Below are positions 15,979 through 21,081 of a DNA stretch of 21,081 nt, piece after piece. The stretch is from positions 44,598 through 65,678 of the forward strand of contig PLDN01000119.1 in the NCBI GenBank assembly GCA_003136185.1, read 5' to 3'. The DNA is from Acidimicrobiaceae bacterium. Lineage in GTDB: Bacteria; Actinomycetota; Acidimicrobiia; Acidimicrobiales; Bog-793. The position numbers and the translations under genes are program-made. Each line of letters opens with the position of its first letter. Within the stretch, counting starts at the first letter, position 1. The notes below the pieces were generated by a model, which saw nothing but the letters and a program-made list of their open reading frames with translations, was not told the DNA's origin and did not search any database.

Positions 15979-16905
15979 TCATGCGCTGGCCGCTTGCGAG
16001 CGGTCGCTCGCACGACGGCTCTCGAGATCCGCCAGGAGTGCCTCTGCCCGCTCCTCGAGCCAGCCCGGCGCCGCCCCGTGGGGAAGGCGACACTGCCCGA
16101 CATGAAGACCCATCGCCCGTAGGATCGCCTTTGCCGGCATGGGGTTCGGGGCTTCGTCACTTGCCTGGAAGGCAACGAGATCGATGAGATCGAGGTTCAA
16201 CTGCGCGGCGCCTTCGACGTCGCCGGCAAAGAACCGATTGATCATCTCGGAAAGCTCTGGCCCGATCCAGTGGGCCGAGACGCTCACGAGCCCGACGGCG
16301 CCGATCGCGAGGAGCGGCAGGGTCAGGCTGTCGTCGCCGCTGTAGACCTCGAAGCCTGGCGGTGCCTCGGCGACGAGGCGCGCCGTCCCGGCGGGGTCGG
16401 CGGTCGCGTCTTTGACGCCGATGACGTTTCTGTGCGCACGAGCGAGGCGGACCATCGTGTCCGTCGCGATCTTGCGCCCCGTACGGATTGGGATGTCGTA
16501 GAGCAGCACGGGCAGCGATGTCACGTCGGCGACGGCGCTGAAGTGCTGCGTCAGGCCCGCCTGCGAAGGACGGTTGTAGTACGGAGTCACCGCGAGGATG
16601 GCTGCCGCACCCGTCTCGGCGGCCTCCTTCGTCAAGGCGACAGAGTGGGCGGTGTCGTTCGTCGTCGAACCCGCGATCACCGGGATTGTGACGGCACTCG
16701 CCACTGCGCGCCACAGCTCGATCTTCTCGGCGTCCGAGAGCACCGGGGACTCGCCTGTCGTGCCGGCGACGACGAGAGCTTCACTTCCGGTCGATTGCAG
16801 ATGGCGGGCTAGCTCGACCGCGGCGTCGGCGTCGAGCTCCCCTTCTGCGTCGAAGGGTGTGACCATCGCCGTCGCGAGGCGGCCGAAGCGACTCATTCGT
16901 GCCAC
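15979..16905 (-). CDS. dapA: 4-hydroxy-tetrahydrodipicolinate synthase DapA
   Basis: 308 aa with TAMVTPF, VVAGTTGES, the TPYYNRP motif and the active-site Lys region NVIGVKDA. The start is GTG 16905 or ATG 16896. Confidence 0.9.
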   Translation of the reverse strand: MARMSRFGRLATAMVTPFDAEGELDADAAVELARHLQSTGSEALVVAGTTGESPVLSDAEKIELWRAVASAVTIPVIAGSTTNDTAHSVALTKEAAETGAAAILAVTPYYNRPSQAGLTQHFSAVADVTSLPVLLYDIPIRTGRKIATDTMVRLARAHRNVIGVKDATADPAGTARLVAEAPPGFEVYSGDDSLTLPLLAIGAVGLVSVSAHWIGPELSEMINRFFAGDVEGAAQLNLDLIDLVAFQASDEAPNPMPAKAILRAMGLHVGQCRLPHGAAPGWLEERAEALLADLESRRASDRSQAASA

Positions 16906-16998
16906 GGGACGACGCTACCAGTCGGTAACGCTTGGCCAGCCGCCACAGCGAGCCGGAGCGCCTCTCGGGTCGGTGCCAACGCGCCATTAGGCTCCGCC

Positions 16999-17241
16999 TT
17001 GGTGCAAACAGAAGGCGATTCCGACGAAGAACTCATCGGGAAGATCGGGCGGATCACGCTCCCGGTACCGGCGGACGGGCCAGGAGAGGTCCTCATCGAC
17101 GTACGGGGTGGGTCAGAGGCCTACGCCGCTTACTCCGACGAGCCGATCGCGAAGCACCGCCAGGTGGTCGTCGTCGAGGAGCGGTCCTCACGGTCCCTCG
17201 TGGTGACGCCACTGCCCGAATCCATCTTCCCAGCGAGGTGA
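16999..17241 (+). CDS. Small NfeD-like OB-fold protein (flotillin-associated), lacking the usual N-terminal transmembrane segment
   Basis: 80 aa. GKIGRITLPVPADGPGEVLIDVRGGSEAYAAYSDEPIAKHRQVVVVEERSSRSLVVTPL matches the beta-rich C-terminal OB-fold of NfeD/YuaF proteins. Its stop TGA (17239-17241) is 3 nt before the flotillin ATG, and the flotillin RBS lies inside this ORF. The start is TTG 16999 or GTG 17002, with no clear SD. The upstream in-frame sequence is not hydrophobic. Confidence 0.5.
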   Translation: MVQTEGDSDEELIGKIGRITLPVPADGPGEVLIDVRGGSEAYAAYSDEPIAKHRQVVVVEERSSRSLVVTPLPESIFPAR

Positions 17242-17244
17242 GTC

Positions 17245-18630
17245 ATGTTGTTCTGGCACGTTCCTGCCCCTGACGAGGCTTTGTTGATCTCCGGTAGCAA
17301 GCACAGAGATGGCGCGACCCAGTTCCACGTCGTGACCGGCCACGGTTCGTTCGTGATGCCTATAAAGCAGAAGGGTCGGGTGTTGTCACTCGCGCTGCGA
17401 GAAGCCGAGCTCCTCGAGGAGTGTGTCACGACTCAGGGGATCCCGCTCAAGGTCCGTGCAGTCGCCGTGTTCAAGATCGGTGATGACCAGGTGTCGATCG
17501 CGAACGCCGCGAGGCGTTTCTTGGCTGAGCAGGACAAGATGGAAGAGCTCTGTGGCCGCATCTTCGCAGGGCACCTCCGCTCGATCGTCGGCAGCCTGAC
17601 CGTCGAGGAGATCATCCGTGAGCGCGACAAGGTCGCGCAAGAGGTGAAGGACGGCTGCCATCCCGAGATGGAGAAGCTCGGCATCGTCGTCGACAGCCTG
17701 CAGATCCAAGAGATCGAGGACCCGACCGGGTACATCCGCAACATCGCCGCTCCGCACGCCGCCGCAGTCGCGAGCCAAGCCCGCATCGCGGCGGCCATCA
17801 GGGACCAGGAGGCTGCCGAGAAGGAGCAGCAGGCCGCTCGGGCGAAGAACCAATTCGAGCGCGACACTGCCGTGCAGCGCGCCAAGATCGAAGCCGAGGT
17901 GCAAGAGGCGCAGGCTCGTGCAGCCCAGTCCGGCCCGTTGGCCGAGGCAAAGGCGTCACAGGACGTCATCGCCGAGCAGACCTCGCTCGCCGAACGCCAG
18001 GCGGGCCTCACCGACAAGCGGCTCGAGTCAGAGGTTCGCCGCCCTGCCGACGCCGAGGCCTACAAGCAGCGGACGCTGGCCGACGCTGCCCGCGACGCCA
18101 TGAAGGCGAACACCGAGGCCGAATCGAACAAGCAGCGGATGATGGCTGAATCTGCCCGTGACGCTCTGTTGTTGTCGACCGAGGGCGAGGCGGGGCGGAA
18201 GAAGTCGCTCGCCGAAGCCGATGCGAAGGCCCGCGTCGTGTCGGCTCAAGCCGAGTCCGAAGCGGCGAAGACCACCGCCGACGGGAGCGCCTACGCGCAA
18301 CGCACGGTCGCGCAGGCCGAGGCCGATGCGATCAACGCCCGCGCCGACGCCCTCGCCGGCGAGAACCAGGTGCTGATCGCGGCCAACAAGCTCGTCGAGA
18401 TGCTGCCCCAGCTCGTCGAGGCCGCAGCCGCCGGCATCAACGGATCGAACCTCACGGTGCTGAACGGCTCGGCGGGCGTTAACGACGTCGCCGTCGGCCT
18501 CGTCGCGCAGGGGATGACGATCTACGACACCTTGCGGAAGTCTCTCCAGACCGGCTCGCTACACGGAGTTGCGGCGGTCAACGGGGCCACCCCTGAAGGT
18601 GCCGCGGCCGAGGTGGTGAAGGGCGCTTAG
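17245..18630 (+). CDS. Flotillin-like SPFH/Band-7 domain protein (FloT/YuaG-like)
   Basis: 461 aa. An N-terminal SPFH domain (...RVLSLALREAELLEECVTTQGIPLKVRAVAVFKIGDD...RDKVAQEV...) is followed by a long Ala/Glu/Gln-rich coiled-coil typical of flotillins and a C-terminal region. RBS GAGGTGAG upstream. Confidence 0.8.
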   Translation: MLFWHVPAPDEALLISGSKHRDGATQFHVVTGHGSFVMPIKQKGRVLSLALREAELLEECVTTQGIPLKVRAVAVFKIGDDQVSIANAARRFLAEQDKMEELCGRIFAGHLRSIVGSLTVEEIIRERDKVAQEVKDGCHPEMEKLGIVVDSLQIQEIEDPTGYIRNIAAPHAAAVASQARIAAAIRDQEAAEKEQQAARAKNQFERDTAVQRAKIEAEVQEAQARAAQSGPLAEAKASQDVIAEQTSLAERQAGLTDKRLESEVRRPADAEAYKQRTLADAARDAMKANTEAESNKQRMMAESARDALLLSTEGEAGRKKSLAEADAKARVVSAQAESEAAKTTADGSAYAQRTVAQAEADAINARADALAGENQVLIAANKLVEMLPQLVEAAAAGINGSNLTVLNGSAGVNDVAVGLVAQGMTIYDTLRKSLQTGSLHGVAAVNGATPEGAAAEVVKGA

Positions 18631-18651
18631 GCGCGCCGGCGCTACCTGCCC

Positions 18652-20109
18652 TCACGAGAACGCGATCGCCTCGCTCACCGAGTCGTGCGGGTCGTCCTCA
18701 TTTTGTGCCAGCACCTCACATCGTGTGGTCGTGTCGCAGTTGAGTGTGCTGCTCGGAATGGCCTTCGACACGTGCAAGCCGGTGTCTCCTGCCCCCGTGG
18801 CGTCGGCCGTCACCGCGCTTACCTCGAAGCAGGCGAGTTCGCCGGCTAGCGATGCGCATTCGGCCACCTCTAGCTGCGCACCGGCAGGGAAGTTGCTCAC
18901 GGCAACCGAGATGATGCTGCCGTCGCTGATACCCGTCGCGGGAGTCACCGATATGCCGGGCACGACGGGGGACCCCGAGGCGTTGAACGAGATCGAGCGG
19001 CTCGTCGAGTACCACCCGTCCAAGTCGTCCTGCACGAAGATGTCACACCGTGCCGTGTCACAACTCACCTTCGCGCTCGGGGCCTCCAACACGGGGAACT
19101 GAATGCTGACGTCTCCGGCGGAGGTTGCGTTGGTGTACACCAAATCGGGTGCGCAGGCCGCCACGCCGGCCACGCACTCCTGCACGGTCACCTCGTCGTC
19201 GGGTGCAAAGCCTGACACCGTCACGGTCACGATCTGGCCGTCGACCAGACCAGACCGCGTGCTGACTGTCTCGCTCGGCGAGAGCGCCTTGGCCTTCGGA
19301 TTGAAAGAGATGGGAGCAGAAATCGCAGACCCAGGCACGCCGGAGTACGTCGTCAAGGCACACCCGGGCGACTTCTCGCAGCTGACGGTCACCTGCCCAT
19401 GGCCGCTCGGATGTTCGATGTGGCTGCTGACGCGATAGGTGCCCGAGCTCTGACCCCTGGCGTTCGTCTGGAGGAAGGCGTCGTATTGGCGAAAGTCACA
19501 CTGATTGGTTGTCGGCTGGCCAACCGCCTCACACTCCCTCAGCTGAAAGCTGGAATCCGGTCTGAAGTTTTTGCCTGAGACAGTGACCGTCTCGTTCGGG
19601 GTCAAGTTCTTCGAGCTCGACAACGACAGGGTCGGGACGAGCGGCTTGGCCTTCGGGTTGAACGAGATCTTCTCGCCCGTCGACTGTCTCGCTGGGTCGA
19701 CGGCGTCCCCGGCTGCCACGATACAGCCCGGCGTCTTCACGCAATTGATCGTCGTCGAGCCGACGACGATGTCCTGGGAGACCTGGAAAGGCTCCGAGAA
19801 TGACCCAGTCGCTGAGGTGTCGAAAGTCGTCGCGAACTGCGTGTTCTCACATTGCGCCTCGGCCTTCGCCCCCGGCTCGCACTCGAGGATGCCCACATAG
19901 GTCTTTTTCAGAAAGTGGTAGCCGTGGACCGTGATTATCTGGCCGGACGCGAGGTTGGTGGCCTGACTCAGGTGGAGGGATGCCTTCGAGCTCGTCACCG
20001 CCTTAGCTGCCTCGGCTGCCTGCGCCAACTGAGCGCTCGTCGCCACCGACGACAGCGCCAGCAGTACTGCCACTACCCCGCCAATCTTGTATCGCGAGCT
20101 CTTCCGCAC
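18652..20109 (-). CDS. Secreted protein with four tandem neocarzinostatin-fold (NCS apoprotein-like) domains
   Basis: 485 aa. The N-terminal signal peptide MRKSSRYKIGGVVAVLLALSSVATSAQLAQA is followed by four repeats of ~110 aa. Each has the pattern LxxG(Q)xVTVxGxxF...ECx(8-12)C...(D)xxG.F...(I/V)xCx(5-6)C...ISF(N). The two Cys pairs with spacings of ~10 and ~5 mirror the C37-C47 and C88-C93 disulfides of neocarzinostatin/macromomycin/actinoxanthin apoproteins. ISFNPKAK linkers join the domains. GTG start at 20109 with the RBS GGGGGGAGAGGA. Confidence 0.7.
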   Translation of the reverse strand: MRKSSRYKIGGVVAVLLALSSVATSAQLAQAAEAAKAVTSSKASLHLSQATNLASGQIITVHGYHFLKKTYVGILECEPGAKAEAQCENTQFATTFDTSATGSFSEPFQVSQDIVVGSTTINCVKTPGCIVAAGDAVDPARQSTGEKISFNPKAKPLVPTLSLSSSKNLTPNETVTVSGKNFRPDSSFQLRECEAVGQPTTNQCDFRQYDAFLQTNARGQSSGTYRVSSHIEHPSGHGQVTVSCEKSPGCALTTYSGVPGSAISAPISFNPKAKALSPSETVSTRSGLVDGQIVTVTVSGFAPDDEVTVQECVAGVAACAPDLVYTNATSAGDVSIQFPVLEAPSAKVSCDTARCDIFVQDDLDGWYSTSRSISFNASGSPVVPGISVTPATGISDGSIISVAVSNFPAGAQLEVAECASLAGELACFEVSAVTADATGAGDTGLHVSKAIPSSTLNCDTTTRCEVLAQNEDDPHDSVSEAIAFS

Positions 20110-20128
20110 GGCCTAATCCTCTCCCCCC

Positions 20129-20146
20129 GCGTCCCTCGAGGGACGC
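20129..20146. promoter_or_regulatory. 18-bp perfect palindrome GCGTCCC-TCGA-GGGACGC immediately 5' of the RBS of the 4xNCS gene
   Basis: The sequence is exactly self-complementary, a 7-bp GC-rich stem with a TCGA centre. On the minus-strand mRNA it is directly followed by GGGGGGAGAGGAUUAGGCC-GUG (the SD plus start). No U-tract follows, so it is not an intrinsic terminator. Confidence 0.45.
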
Positions 20147-20441
20147 TGCCTGGACCATTGTGAAGTGCTGCCGGCCTGAAATGTTGGCAGGCGCCCAGAC
20201 AGAGCCCGAGGCGCGTGCTCAAGCGACACTGATCGTATCTCTGACCGCGTCGTGGGTAGCGGCCGCCGGAGCGCGATACCGCCAGGCACCACCGCCTGTG
20301 GAGCAGGGACCGCGCAGTGCCGCGTCCTCGCGTTCAATGTCGCGGACTCGGCGGAGTGGGTCAGCCAGCGCATCGCGTTCGCTTAGGGCGGCTGACCGGC
20401 GAGACGCGAGCGACCGGCCCGAAGGAGGCCGAGGCGACCGC

Positions 20442-21081
20442 TCAGGCGGTCTTGAGCTTGATCTCCCCGTCGGCGAGTTGGAAGGCGGCGTACTCCTCCG
20501 CGGTGTCCTCCCAGTCCTCGAACTGGATGGCGCCGAGCTCAGTGAACTTCGTGCGCAGCCAGCCGTCACCGGCGTCGAGCAGCCCGAGCTTCTTCAAGTT
20601 GGGGACGATCTTCGAGAACAGCATCACCTGGAAGGCCTTGCGGTCAGGAGCGGCCATCGTCAAAGGAAGCACGTCCTTCGGCGAGACACCCATCCTGTCC
20701 CACACTTCCTGCTGCAAGAAACGGTCCCGCATCCGCACAGCCGCCTCGAACGCGAACTCCTGTCGCTCGCGGATCTCCGGACCCGACAGCTCGGTGTAGA
20801 AGTCCTGCAGCGCGAGCACGCCGAAGGCGACGTGGCGTGCCTCGTCCGACATGACGTAACGCAAGAGCTGCTTCAACAACGGCTCCTGGGTCAGCGCGTG
20901 CATGAACCCGAAAGCAGCCAGCGCAAGGCCCTCGACCATGATCTGCATTCCGAGGAAAGTCATGTCCCAACGGCTGTCGGCGATGATGTCGTCGAGCAGC
21001 AACTTGAGGTGGGCGTTGATCGGGTAGTGACCCGAGAGTTTCTCGTCGAGGTACTTCGCGAAGACCTCGACGTGGCGGGCC
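20442..21081 (-). CDS. Ferritin-like diiron-carboxylate protein (AurF / N-oxygenase-like), partial; the N-terminus lies beyond the right edge
   Basis: There are three E..H-type metal-ligand motifs: ...ARHVEVFAKYL (read from 21003-21081 in frame), MVEGLALAAFGFMHA and MSDEARHVAFGVL (ExxH). The ORF is open to the window end; the track's M at 21002 is an internal TTG. Stop at 20442-20444. Confidence 0.5.
   Translation of the reverse strand, partial: ARHVEVFAKYLDEKLSGHYPINAHLKLLLDDIIADSRWDMTFLGMQIMVEGLALAAFGFMHALTQEPLLKQLLRYVMSDEARHVAFGVLALQDFYTELSGPEIRERQEFAFEAAVRMRDRFLQQEVWDRMGVSPKDVLPLTMAAPDRKAFQVMLFSKIVPNLKKLGLLDAGDGWLRTKFTELGAIQFEDWEDTAEEYAAFQLADGEIKLKTA

Noticed and set aside
18631-18651. 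GC palindrome GGCGCGCCGGCGC between the convergent flotillin and NCS genes, considered as a bidirectional terminator
   Set aside because: The stem is short, the loop is too small for a stable hairpin, and there is no U-tract on either strand. I could not support an intrinsic terminator call.
20113-20569. 86-aa and 116-aa minus-strand ORFs and a 160-aa + strand ORF in the region upstream of the NCS-like gene
   Set aside because: The translations are R/S/P-rich with mixed third-position composition, unlike neighbouring genes. They partly overlap the 3' end of the diiron gene. They were treated as a non-coding leader.
1-21081. Screened for tRNA/rRNA genes, CRISPR repeats and IS/transposase or integrase genes
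   Set aside because: No T-loop GGTTCGAATCC-like motifs, no regularly spaced direct repeats and no transposase/integrase-like ORFs were seen. All long ORFs are accounted for by the annotated genes.

Overview
This is a high-GC (~70%) actinobacterial-type chromosomal segment, densely coding, with no rRNA, tRNA, CRISPR array or transposase/integrase visible. All calls rest on reading the sequence and ORF translations by eye; nothing was searched or computed. From the left edge the window holds: a partial acyl-CoA dehydrogenase on the minus strand; a divergent MBL-fold hydrolase; and a sufC-sufS-sufU Fe-S cluster operon that lacks sufB/sufD. A 12.6-kb run of co-directional minus-strand genes follows (4250..16905), with very short gaps or overlaps. 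In transcription order it is dapA, rnj (RNase J), a frameshifted XRE-type HTH remnant, a large ATPase/TPR/LuxR regulator, ftsK, a membrane-anchored DD-carboxypeptidase, a homoserine-kinase-like GHMP kinase, an LLM-class flavin oxidoreductase and an alpha/beta hydrolase. This resembles the mycobacterial dapA-rnj ... ftsK neighbourhood. The right end holds a small NfeD-like OB-fold ORF translationally coupled to a flotillin/SPFH protein. Convergent with these is the most unusual gene in the window: a signal-peptide protein made of four tandem ~110-aa domains whose two-disulfide cysteine spacing and motifs match the neocarzinostatin apoprotein fold. Further right come its 330-nt leader with an 18-bp perfect palindrome abutting the RBS, and a partial ferritin-like diiron (AurF-like) gene. 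Other notable elements are an overlapping palindromic operator-like site upstream of the LLM-hydrolase pair, a tandem CCCGAAG repeat giving C(UUCG)G hairpins after the kinase gene, and a ~90-aa acidic low-complexity insertion in the FtsK motor domain. Several long R/P-rich ORFs in the six-frame track are judged antisense or alternate-frame artefacts of high GC.
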